Under the pieces are notes generated by a model. The model was given only the letters and a program-made list of their open reading frames with translations, was not told where the DNA came from and made no database searches. From Mustelus asterias (Eukaryota): a stretch of 64,000 nt of DNA. How positions within the stretch are numbered: position 1 is the stretch's first letter; every line of letters begins with the position of its first letter. This document shows positions 50,333-61,682 of the stretch, in pieces. The position numbers and the translations under genes are program-made. Location of the stretch: NCBI RefSeq assembly GCF_964213995.1, contig NW_027590554.1, positions 124,001 to 188,000 of the forward strand, in the 5' to 3' direction.

Positions 50333-52080
50333 CTGCGATGGAACAATTCCAGGAGCCTGCCTCGATAAACCCGCCAATTAACAACAGCAATTCATATTTA
50401 CATTCTGTCTGCTTGTACCTCCAGATAAAATGTTTAGCGATACATTCTACTGCATGACATTCGTGTGATAGCATGTTCGACCAGAGATGTTCGATAAACT
50501 TAATAAACTGAACATTGTGCAGTGATTGACTTCGAGTGCACACCATGACTAATGTTATTACCCTGAATGCATTGTCTGAGGCAGCTCATCAACGCTGCCA
50601 GGAGAAGCCGTTGGTGCTCGATCTGGTATTGACATTGAACAACATCAATGAAGTAGGACTGTGTTCCATGTCCCATTGAGCCTCCTTTACGACTGAATCA
50701 AGGCAGATCCACAGCCTCAACACCAATTTCCCAGATTATCCCGTTAGCCCTTCATTCCCTTAGATTCCAAAGATCTCTTTACCTCAACATTCAACATGTG
50801 TATTGACTGAGGATCAACAGACAGACGTGCAGCGGCAGAATTCCAAAGATTCACAACACTTTTGAGCAAACGAAATATCTACGCACCTCAGTCATAAATG
50901 GTTGACACATTATCCAGAGAATGTGAGCCCAAAGTGCTTGAATGAGGCACTTTTCGCCACCCTACCCCGGAATCCAACACATTTACCATGGTTAATCCAT
51001 CTACCTACATCAGGTGCACCGTGAAAGCGGAATGCAAAAGTCTGCCAGGAGCAATTTTGCTGACTGCATTTTCTGAATAGCTGGTGAAGAATGTTTTGAT
51101 TGATCCATATTCAGTTCACAGTCAACAACGAACTAGAATCGTGGAACTTTAAAACAGTAAATTTCGATAATTTCTCGACCCCATTTGGAATCGAAGAGCC
51201 ATCGTTTATGATATGAAGATACTTAACCCGTACACTACAGAATTATTGGTCATGACCAACCTGACCTGCCTAGAATATCAAACTGTGCAGCTTCATTGCA
51301 CTTTTCGAACTTTGTTTTGTAGAAGTACAATTCGGCTGAAAACCTTAACCATGTGGCAGAGTCATTGATCTAACATAAGATTTAGAAAATAACATTTGTC
51401 CCGATTTTTACCCCTTGATCCATGATTGCAGTTGCAAAATATTGTTTAAAACTTGGGGAAGTGCAAATGTGACATGGCTGTGAGATAATGTGATTCCTTA
51501 ATATTTAACAACAACAATTAAAGGTGAATCAGTTGTTTTGGAAATATTTTGCCCCTTTGCGAACCCAATAATCTCTATACTTTAGAAAGAGGTAAAGCGT
51601 GGAAGCTCCATTTTATGTGTCCACAGATGCTGCCAAACTGGCTAATAATTTCCACCATCTACTGCTAGTATTATAACTGTAGATTTCATGAATCAGAAAA
51701 TAAACAACAAGTCGGCAATGATTAGTGGAAGGACGACGGAGATAAACGTTCACCAGAATAGTGTTTTTAGAACGGAAAAATCCTGAGATTGAGAGCAGAT
51801 TGTTCACATGTAAAATGCTTTGGTTCTTTCAGAGATGAATGTCTGCCGTGTGTTACCTTATGAGTTTCACAGGATTAGCAATGAAGAGTTTTTGGGATTT
51901 AGAAATTGGAAGTTACACATCCGCAGTTTGTGGGACTATTTCACCTCACTGTCGATTTCATTTCCCAGAAAGAGAAATTGGTCTTCTCACTGTCTGAAGG
52001 AGTCATTTGTGATCAGCTTTTTCTGAGAATTTAAAACGTGCTGAGGTGGACAGGTCAGGTTAAACATCAGTGTATGACTT

Positions 52081-52153
52081 TCCCTGGTGGCGTATTGGTT
52101 AGACTTCAGCGCTTCCACTGTCGTGGCGTGCGTTCGATTTCTCCTTCCAGGAA
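52081..52153 (+). tRNA. tRNA-Glu-like pseudogene
   Basis: tccctggtggcgtattggttagacttcagcgcttccactg...gttcgatttc. Confidence 0.65.
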
Positions 52154-52939
52154 AAGAAACGTTATTGCTCTCGTGCAGCACATTAATTGCTGGAATTATG
52201 TTCTGATTGAAGACAGGAGTGACTCGTGTGCCTGTTTGAATACCAGGGATAAAAATCCTTTCATTTCCTCAATGCCGTCAATTTTCCCCAACAATTTATG
52301 TTGACATTTCCTCTGCTGGTTCCCCCGTCAAAATAAGTAATGATAGATTCAACTGCATTAATTCCGAACCAAAACAATGTTCGACCAAATTTATTTAGGG
52401 CAGGTTAAACCAATCAAAGGCAAATGTTCCCTCGTCTACACAAACGCTGCCTATCTGAAGTAAGTGCCATGGCTGTGTCGTCAACGCTGCTTACGCATTT
52501 CCAGCTGGAAATAGAATAAAACTGTACAGACCCCTAAATGTTTTTGAACATCAACGCTTAGAAGTTGCTCGTCTTTAAAACCTCACTAGACTGTCTATAC
52601 AGAAACACTGCATCCAGAGCCTCAAGTGTAGATAATTCCATAGGTGCACCACTCAGTAGAGGCCAAAACACCTTTTCACTTCCTAAGTTTCCTGTAGCTA
52701 TATGCGAACTTTCTGCGTTCCTTGTACAAACACACCCAAGTCTCCTTGAACACCAACATTCTCACCTTTTCAAACATGTCTTGTTTTTTTTCTACTTCCA
52801 TGAACAAGAGAACATCTATTCACTTTCCAAAAGTGCGCCAGGTCTGTCATCTATTGTCCACAAACTGTCTTCACCTGTTTCTAATCTTGTCGCTTCCTCC
52901 CCTGAGCTGATTTGGTACCTTCAGCTAAATGTTAACCAC

Positions 52940-53011
52940 AGGCTCCAACGACAAGTGAACTTGCGGCCCTGGTTTGCAAAACTAAGGCTCTAACCACTGA
53001 GCTATGGAGCC
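52940..53011 (-). tRNA. tRNA-Thr(TGT)-derived pseudogene
   Basis: Reverse complement GGCTCCATAGCTCAGTGGTTAGAGCCTTAGTTTTGCAAACCAGGGCCGCAAGTTCACTTGTCGTTGGAGCCT. Confidence 0.78.
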
Positions 53012-55167
53012 AACTGCCACGCACTGACCACAGTGAGTGTATCACAATCTGTGGAACGAGGCTCAATTTTCAGATGGGTGATATTGGATTGATGTGGAAA
53101 TATCTGCGATAGAGGGCAGGGAGATAAAAGATACGACTTGAAAGCGGCAGAATTTAACACGTGTCAATCACATTAAATGATCAATGCCTGCCAAGTGTCT
53201 GTTGTGTGATTCTTCTTGAGAGTTTATTGTTCATGTTACATCTCTGATTTTCCAGCTCTGATTCAAGTTTCCCCAGTTCGAATATTAATTTGTTACTCCG
53301 TTCGCAGAGACATGTTTCCACTTAATGAAGAACTAAATAAAAAGTTATTAATTCCATGGCTTGAAATTAAGCCCGGGTCACAGTGCCGAATCCTGACCAC
53401 GAGTCTCAGAGGGAAGCACATGCAAGAGATTTGCAATTAGTTGAACATCTTTCTACTCGTTGCATCAGTTCAAGCCTCTTGAGCTGCATACATTGTAATA
53501 CATTCATTCTATCAAGTTGTAACCAATTACAGAAAATACCTCTTGTGTTCAGATCCGTTCACCTATTGGTACAGAACAACTTTCACTTTCAAAATGCACT
53601 GTTTATTTAACAGTTTGTGATTGAGCCCGGCCTTTGCGGGGAAAGCATTGACTCTGAACCACGAGACCGCCCAGGCTCCACCATCACCAGCTCAAAGGAT
53701 CAACGCAAAATACTGCGGATGCTGGAACTTGAAATACAAACAGAAAATGCTGGAATAACTCAGCAGGGCAGACAGCATCTGTGGAATAACGTTTCAACCT
53801 TGGCTCTCTTCTTTCTTCACAAGTGCTGCCTGACCTGTTTTTCCAGCATTTCCTTATTCTGAATCACCAGCTCAATTTTGCCTTGTCCATCATTCCTTGT
53901 GGCAATTAATCTACCCTGCCTTGGTCTCTATCAGTGACCTTCCTTCTTGTTTTATTTTTGTTGCCGAGTGATTCCTGAGTTCACAATTAGAAAATGCAAC
54001 AAGTGCTCTGCAGCTCAATAAAGTTGGTGACCATTAATGAAATCCGAATGGCATTGACATTAAAAACGTATGGAAATGTTTCTGATCAGTTTCGATGTGG
54101 GGATTCTTCCGCGTGTAAGTCAAACGTGACAACCAGTACAGAAGCACTGCAATATTGTTACCTGAAGCAAGTGTTGTTTTCTGGAGGGGAAAGTAACCTG
54201 GTTCCACAAGCCCGTCTCTTGTCCACATGAATTTATATTTACATTGGTCCTCCTGTTTCCTCCTATCAAAATGAATCATGATACACCCTGTGGCGTTATT
54301 TTTTCCTAACTTGATCAACGAATTGTGTTCCATGACTTCTAAAGTAAATTAACATTTGAAAGTGATATGATTAGATTCCAATATTTCCCCGTTATTATTA
54401 TGCTGGATTCAGTGCCTTAGACGACCCAGCAACGCTACCACAGGAAGCAATTGGTGTCATATCTGGGCTGCCAGGAAACAGAAATAATGGAGTAAGACAA
54501 AGTCATCTATCCCATTGAGCCTCCTCCACCATTTAATGAGGTCATGGCAAATAAAGTCACTATAGCCCCAGATCAACATCGGCTGTTATTTATTCAACTG
54601 ATAAAAAAACAAAAATACCGCAAACGCCGGAAATCCGAAATAAAAACAGAAAATGCTGGATCAACTCAACAATTCGAGACAGAAACAGAGTTAACGTTTC
54701 AGAGCTGAATCATCATCCTTCAGGGATATTCACCTTAGTTGTGTAGCTTCAGATTAATATGCTATACAAAGGTAAACGGAACAGTGCAAAAGTTCAGGAC
54801 ATTTCTTATTAAGTAGTTGAGAATGCCCGAGGGGCCAAATGGCCCACCTCTGTCCATGTTAACCATACGCTAATCAGTGAAGTCAAGACAATGATTATGG
54901 TGATGTTATGGTGGCAGTGTGGCTGGACGACCTGAGGTATTATTTCAAGTTCTAGTGTCTGTGGCGATTTGGTCTCAGTTCCCGCCTCTGCCAAACTTCC
55001 TGCTGGTTTACCCTTTGAGGAGTCAGGTCAGCAGGTCATGTCAAAATGTTTCTGACAAAAATAATTAAGGTGAATTATGTAAGAGGAGTTTGTGAAGTTT
55101 AGAGTGAGGTGCAGCAAAGGAGAGTAAGATGTGAATAATGTTAATGATAATTGAGAGGAATGCATTG

Positions 55168-55943
55168 TGAAGAAGGGAAAGGGGTAATTTTTTTTTTGCA
55201 CTCAATGTATTTTGTACCTAAAAGGTTGAACTTTGTACCTGGAATGTATCACAAACATAACCCTTCCTTATGGCTCGTCTCCCCTTTGTTTATATTGCTC
55301 CTGTTAGTAGTATAAGCCATTTGTTCTTGGTTTCCTCTTTTGCTTTTAGTAGTATAAGCCACTTGTTCATGTCTTTCATCTTTAACTTTTAGTAGTGTAA
55401 GCCATTTGTTCATGGCTCCCTCGCTTGTTTATATCATTCTGATAAAACAGATAGTTAAACATAAATGTTGGGTTGTAAGTCTTACCTTCCCCGTAGGCTT
55501 GTGTATGACTTATACAAAGGAAGCAGCTACCAAATGGTAGAGTGCGAGAATGGCCGTTTGAAGGAGGACTCCCACTGGGACAGCTGCAATCGCACACAGT
55601 CACTTCAAAGGAAAAGCTGCGGGAAGAGCAGGGGACCAGAGGTTGCATCTTGACTACAGCTACCAGGAGAATTGTGCTTTATGACACAGATACACTCTGG
55701 TTTATGGTTAGAGACTATCAGAAGCTGTTAAAGGAACTATAATTTATGATCAATGACTGTTAACTGAACTTTGCTTTATGACTTGTATTGGGAACCCTGA
55801 TGTATAAATGTCCACGCTTCTTGTGTTCAGAGAGAACTTTGGCTTCCGCTTTCAAGGGGTCAGGTTCTCCTGCAAGCTTGTGAGAATAAAGCCTTACTGT
55901 ATTTTGACTCAGACTAGCCTCAGAGGTATTTTTACCGACTTCA
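55168..55943 (+). mobile_element. Solo LTR (ERV-like or Gypsy), 776 bp
   Basis: Termini TGAAG...CTTCA; 4-bp TSD ATTG (55164-55167 and 55944-55947); TATAAA at 55803 and AATAAA at 55885; three ttagtagt(a/g)taagcca repeats. The empty site gaatgcattgtaacc is present in the paralogue at ~44730. Confidence 0.88.
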
Positions 55944-56074
55944 ATTGTAACCTTGGCGATTCTGTAGGTCGACTGTATTCGCCACTTTGAAATTTGAACA
56001 ATCTGAGATGCCAGATGGAAAAGCACGTTTGTGGTCCCCGTATTTTGGGGCTTGAAGCACAGCTGCCGCAATGT

Positions 56075-56147
56075 GCTTGGCTAGCTCAGTCGGTAGAGCA
56101 TGAGACTCTTAATGTTAGGGTCGTGGGTTTGAGCCCCACTTCGGGTG
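56075..56147 (+). tRNA. tRNA-Lys(CTT) pseudogene
   Basis: gcttggctagctcagtcggtagagcatgagactcttaatgttagggtcgtgggtttgagccccacttcgggtg. Confidence 0.85.
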
Positions 56148-56424
56148 TCATTGTTTTTAAACTTTTCTGCTTTCCTGGGTGAATTTCAGCTCTCCATTCC
56201 TCCGGCAGTGACACCGCCTAAACTGAGTCTTTCTCCATGCCGCTTTGTGAATACATCAGGTACTGGTTTCTGAATGAAAGCTGCCTGTACTCCATTGGAA
56301 GTCGAAGAGTTTGGTGCTTAATTCAGCGAGAAGTTTGTTTGTAAATCATTTAGTATCATATTTGGACCGAGATCGGGGATATAATGCTGTCAGTGGAAAT
56401 AAGAAACACTACAAAAAGTAGATC

Positions 56425-57263
56425 AGTTGGAGACTTGGGGGGAGAGATGGCAGATGGAGTTTCGTCCGGACAAATGTGAGGTAATGCATTTTGGAAGGTC
56501 CAATACAGATAGGAAATATACAGTAAATGGCAGAACCCTTCGGAGTATTGATAGGCAAAGGGATCTGGGTGTACAGGTACACATGTCACTGAAAGTGCCA
56601 ATGCAGGTGGGGAAGGTAGTCAAGAAGGCAGACGGCATGATTGCCTTCATCGGCCGAGGTATTGAGTTAAAAAATTGGAAAGTCATGTTGACGCTTTATT
56701 GAACCTTAGTGAAGCTGCACTTGGAATATGGTGTTCAGTTCTGGTCGCCGCACGACCAGAAGGATGTGGAGGCTTTGGAGAGGGTACAGAAAAGATTTAC
56801 CAGGATGTTGCCAGGTATGGAGGGCATTAGCTATGAGGAGAGTTTGGAGAAACTTGGTTTGTTCTTACTGGAGCGAAGGAGATTGAGGGGAGATCTGATA
56901 GAAGTCAACAAGATTATGAGAGGCATGGACAGAGTGGATAGTCAGGAGCTTCTTTCCCAGGGTGGAAGAGTCAATTACTAGGGGGCATAGGTTTAAGGTG
57001 CGAGAAGCAATTTTTAAAAGAGACGCACAAGGCAGGGTTTTTACACAGAGAGTGGTGGGTGCCTGGAACTTGTTGCCGGGGGAGATAGTGGAAGCGGATA
57101 CGGTAGTGACTTTTAAGGGGCGTCTTGACAAGTACATGAATGAGATGGGAATAGAGGGATATGGTTCCCGGAAACGTAGGGGTTTTTAGTTAAGTTGGGT
57201 AGCATGGTCGGTGCAGGCCGGGAGGGCCGAAGGGCCTGTTCCTGTGCTGTAGTTTTCTTTGTT
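56425..57263 (+). mobile_element. CR1 3' fragment, degenerate
   Basis: WQMEFRPDKCEVMHFG...; its tail continues after 58478. Confidence 0.92.
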
Positions 57264-57264
57264 G

Positions 57265-58478
57265 ACAAAGAACAAAGAACAATACAGCACAGGAACAGGC
57301 CCTTCGGCCCTCCAAGCCCGTGCCGCTCCCTGGTCCAAACTAGACCATTCTTTTGTATCCCTCCATTCCCACTCCGTTCATATGGCTGTCTAGATAAGTC
57401 TTAAACGTTCCCAGTGTGTCCGCCTCCACCACCTTGCCTGGCAGCGCATTCCAGGCCCCAACCACCCTCTGTGTAAAATATGTCCTTCTGATATCTGTGA
57501 TAAACCTCTCCCCCCCCCCCCCCGCCCCTTCACCTTGAACCTATGACCCCTCGTGAACGTCACCACCGACCTGGGGAAAAGCTTCCCACCGTTCACCCTA
57601 TCTATGCCTTTCATAATTTTATATACCTCTATTAAGTCTCCCCTCATCCTCCGTCTTTCCAGGGAGAACAACCCCAGTTTACCCAATCTCTCCTCATAAC
57701 TAAGCCCCTCCATACCAGGCAACATCCTGGTAAACCTCCTCTGTACTCTCTCCAAAGCCTCCACGCCCTTCTGGTCCTGTGGCGGTCAGAACTGGACGCA
57801 GTATTCCAAATGCGGCCGAACCAACGTTCTATACATCTGCAACATCAGACCCCAACTTTTATACTCTATGCCCCGTGCTATAAAGGCAAGGATGCCATAT
57901 GCCTTCTTCACCACCCTTTCCACCTGTGACGTCACCTTCAAGGATCTGTGGACTTGCACACCCAGGTCCCTCTGCATATCTATACCCTTTATGGTTCTGC
58001 CATTTATCGTGGAGCTCCTCCCTACATTATTTCTACCAAAATGTATCACTTGGCAGTGATCAGGATTGAACTCCATCTGCCATTTCTTTGCCCAAATTTC
58101 CAGCCTATCTATATCTTTCTGTAGCTTCTGACAATGCTCCTCACTATCTGCAAGTCCTGCCAATTTTGTGTCGTCCGCAAACTTACTGATCACCCCAGTT
58201 ACACCTTCTTCCAGATCGTTTATATAAATCACAAACAGCAGAGGTCCCAATACAGAGCCCTGCGGAACACCACTAGTCACAGGCCTCCAGCCGGAAAAAG
58301 ACACTTCCACTACCACCCTCTGTCTTCTGTGACCAAGCCAGTTCTCCACCCATCTAGCCACCTCCCCCCTTATCCCATAAGATCCAACCTTTTTCACCAG
58401 CCTACCATGAGGGACTTTGTCAAACGCTTTACTAAAGTCCATATAGACGACATCCATGGCCCTTCCTTCGTCAACCTT
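57265..58478 (-). mobile_element. CR1 3' fragment inserted into the tail of the preceding CR1
   Basis: VDEGRAMDVVYMDFSKAFDKV...KFADDTKL; (ttctttg)n tail. Confidence 0.95.
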
Positions 58479-58687
58479 TCTTTGTTCTTTGGTCTTTGTA
58501 AGCATTATTCGCCAGATTTGATCTTGTATTACCATCTCTATCGTCAGCGCTTTGCAGCCTATCGCTGTCCGATTCCTGTTCTTGATCGCTGAACATGACA
58601 TTTCCAAATCAAGCACAAAGTCGTTCATCTCCCTCACGAGTACTGACCACAAATCTATTAATGGTTGTTGCACAAGAATGAATTTTT

Positions 58688-58760
58688 TTGCTCTGACTAG
58701 GATTCGAACCCAGGCGGTGACAGTATCAGCACTGAAACCTAACCACTAGACAACCAGGGA
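58688..58760 (-). tRNA. tRNA-Glu pseudogene
   Basis: Reverse complement tccctggttgtctagtggttaggtttcagtgctgatactgtcaccgcctgggttcgaatcctagtcagagcaa. Confidence 0.72.
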
Positions 58761-59780
58761 AATTACGGCTTGCTCGTTTTTAAAAGAAAAGATCTAATTG
58801 ATATATGAAACCTTTGGCTTTCATTTTCTTTTCAGACTTATTTTCACCAGAAACAAGTTTCTCCTTGAAATTGTCATGTTTAACTTGAACAAAATTGACT
58901 TCTTAGCCAGTGGAAACACGAATGCTGTTAACTGGAACAAGAAATTGGCAGTGAGATTAAATAGTCCCATAAGCTGCTGATGTGTAACGTTCAATTTCCA
59001 AGCCTCACCAACCTCATCATTGCAACTCATGTGATACGTATGAGGCCACACAAGGCAGATATCCGACACTGAAAGCAATTGATGCAGATCCTTTGTTCAA
59101 TATTTTCTTGTTGCATCTCTTTCTGTTTCTGTTGTTGCCTCTCCTTCAGCTCCCTCTGACCGTCCAGCACCTAGAATCAATTAACTTCTTGATGCAGACA
59201 CAAAACATTGGTGAGACCGAGCTTTACCTGGAATGGAGGGAGGATCGGGATTGTAGGACACAAGGTTGTGTGAAGAGAGGGAGTTCACAGATGGCAGGGG
59301 ATAGAGGCACCAGGATCTTAGCTTCCTAATTCTCCATGACACAGATTACAGGAATTTGCACAGTGCAAATTATCCGCAGTCACGCTCTCCTTTCAGTCTT
59401 TTGTACGGAGTTACTTTTTGTCACCTTCGAAGCATTGCTGCAGTTGCTCAGGGTATTGCCAATACCTCATTTGGAATACTGCGTCCAGTTTTGGGGTTTT
59501 GCATTTAAGACAGGATGTACTTCTAATGGAGACGGTACAACAAAACTTCACTAGGTTATTCTCTGAGATGAAGGGCTTGTCCTATTATGAGAGGTTGGGT
59601 AAATTGGGCTCAATTTCTCTGGAGTTCAGCAGAATGATATACTATCTCATTGATACCTACACAAGAATGAATGGATTAAATCGGGTGCATTCTGAGATAT
59701 CAAAGAATTTAAAATATGGGACACAGTCTCAGGATAAGGGACGAGGACTTTAGGACATTTAGTACTGAGATGAGGAGAAT

Positions 59781-60093
59781 TTGTTTTGTTTATATATCCA
59801 ATTCAATCCACTCAAAGTCCAATTCAAAGCCTCAGCAAGTGAGACATTCCCGATCCAAGCTGACGACAGATGGTTCCCACGTCCTGTCTTGGGCTTGATC
59901 TACATGGTCCAAGCTAATTGGAGCAGGCATTGCACCTCCTCCAAGGCTTGATCTCATTTGCATTTTAGCCAAAAGGCCGATATGCCGCTTTAAAAAATTG
60001 CTTATAATGAAGCTACATTGTAACCTTATGACTTCAACCAAGTAGAGCATGTCGACACTACACTTGATCTTAGCCAAAAGGCCGATAAGCGAT
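59781..60093 (-). mobile_element. U2 snRNA-headed SINE-like element, unit A
   Basis: Reverse complement starts ATCGCTTATCGGCCTTTTGGCTAAGATCAAGTGTAGTGTC (U2 nt 1-40), then a non-U2 body and an A-rich tail; GAGGAGAAT on both sides. Confidence 0.8.
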
Positions 60094-60102
60094 GAGGAGA
60101 AT

Positions 60103-60637
60103 TTTTTAAAATGTTTTTTTATTCCAATTCAAATGTTTACGCAGAGAGTGGTTGGGGTGTGGAATGGACTGCCTGCAGTGATAGTGAGTCAGACACTTTA
60201 GAAACATTCAAGCGGTTATTGGATAGGCACATGGAGCACACCAGGATGATAGGGAGTGGGATAGCTTGATCTTGGTTTCAGATAAAGCTCGGCACAACAT
60301 CGTGGGCCGAAGGGCCTGTTCTGTGCTGTACTGTTCTATGTTCTATGTTCTAAATCAAGTCCAATTCAGAGTCACAACAAATTGAGACATTCCCGATCCA
60401 AGCTGACAAGACAGGGCTCTCCCCTCCCGTCTTGGGCCTGAACTACATGATCCAAGCTGATTGGAGGAGGCATAGCTCCTCCTCCAAGGCTTGATCTCAT
60501 TTGTATCTTAGCCAAATGTCCGAGATGCCGCTTTTAAAAATTGCTTATAATTAAGCTATAATGTAACCTTATGACTTCCACCAAGTACAGCATGTCGATA
60601 CTAACACTTGATCTTAGCCAAAAGGCCGAGAAGCGAT
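60103..60637 (-). mobile_element. U2 snRNA-headed SINE-like element, unit B (interrupted by a CR1 3' end at ~60135-60351)
   Basis: Reverse complement starts ATCGCTTCTCGGCCTTTTGGCTAAGATCAAGTGTTAGTATC; same body as unit A. Confidence 0.8.
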
Positions 60638-60646
60638 GAAGAGAAT

Positions 60647-60972
60647 TTTAAAAAACATACTTTTCCAGTTCAATCAAATGAAGTCCAATTCAGAATGTCA
60701 ACAATTTGAGGCATTCCCGATCCAAGCTGACAAGACAGGGTCTGCAACCCCTGTCTTGGGCCTGATCTACATGAGCCAAGCTGATTGGAGTGGGCGCAGG
60801 TCTTCCTCCTCCAAAGCTTGATCTCATGTGCATCTTAGCCAAAATTCCGGGATGCCGCTTTAAAAAAATGCTTCATATGAAAATGAAGCTTAAATGTGAC
60901 CTAACGACCTCAACCAAGTGCAGCATCCTATCCATACTACACTTGATCTTAGCCAAAAGGCCGAGAAGCGAT
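60647..60972 (-). mobile_element. U2 snRNA-headed SINE-like element, unit C
   Basis: 60972-60934 is a perfect U2 nt 1-39: ATCGCTTCTCGGCCTTTTGGCTAAGATCAAGTGTAGTAT. Confidence 0.8.
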
Positions 60973-61682
60973 GAGGAGAAATTACTCCACTCAAAATGTT
61001 GGGAATCGTTGGCATTTTCTCTTCCAGAAAGTTCGGGATGCTCCATCATTGAACACATTTTATTGTGGGATAGACAGATTTTTGATCTCTCCGGCAATGA
61101 AGGAGAGCGGGTGGGAAAATAGAACTTAAACAAATGTTCAGCCATGAATTAATGTTTCAACACTGAATCTTATGTTTAATAGCACAATTGAAACATGTAT
61201 ATACTTAATTTAATCTGTATGAAATGAATATTTATTAACTAAGTTACGTTGGCAACACTGGGAGACATTTTTATGGGCGCCCACGGATCCATTACCTACC
61301 CGCAAATGTTTGCGCATGAATGCTGCTGGGGAGAGAAGAGTATAATTTCCGTTCCTGGATTGTTTCGAACTACCAATCACTCCTTTAATAACCGAGCTGC
61401 GACAGATATCTTAAATTAGGGCGTTAATGATTTCTCTACAGATCCGACCAAATTCTATTGCTGCAAAAGTTGATCCAGAACTACAGGATGGCCACACCGT
61501 TTACAGTTCCATACAAGTCCCTTTGGTTATTTTGTTCCCACATGGTTGCTGTGTGTGGTGGGTATTCCCTTTCTCCGAGGAGCATGCAGTAAAATGAATC
61601 CATGTCTCTTACCACAGAGAGAAATTAAACGGTAAAGAATGGAATTGACCAGCAGAAGCCCAAGGCTACATTACCTTCAACT

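Larger units (their letters stand above)
59430..61150 (+). mobile_element. Old CR1 3' fragment (59430-59780 and 60973-61150) hosting the U2-headed array
   Basis: PHLEYCVQFW...GLSYYERLGKLG...TEMRR, resuming after the array as MRRNYSTQ..GNRW. Confidence 0.8.

Noticed and set aside
58479-58673. Novel N-terminus on the 295-aa RT ORF
   Set aside because: It lies outside the CR1 boundary, in flank and tail sequence.
30900-58800. CRISPR-like array or functional tRNA genes
   Set aside because: The repeats are eukaryotic tRNA cassettes without a repeat-spacer pattern; every tRNA I inspected has stem mispairs, box mutations or deletions.
59781-60972. Three functional U2 snRNA genes
   Set aside because: Only nt 1-39/40 match U2; the Sm site and 3' stem-loops are absent, and the upstream sequence is CR1 or the neighbouring unit rather than a PSE.
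61350-61405. tRNA-Asn-like relic on the minus strand
   Set aside because: Only a degenerate 3' half is recognisable, too weak to list as a feature.
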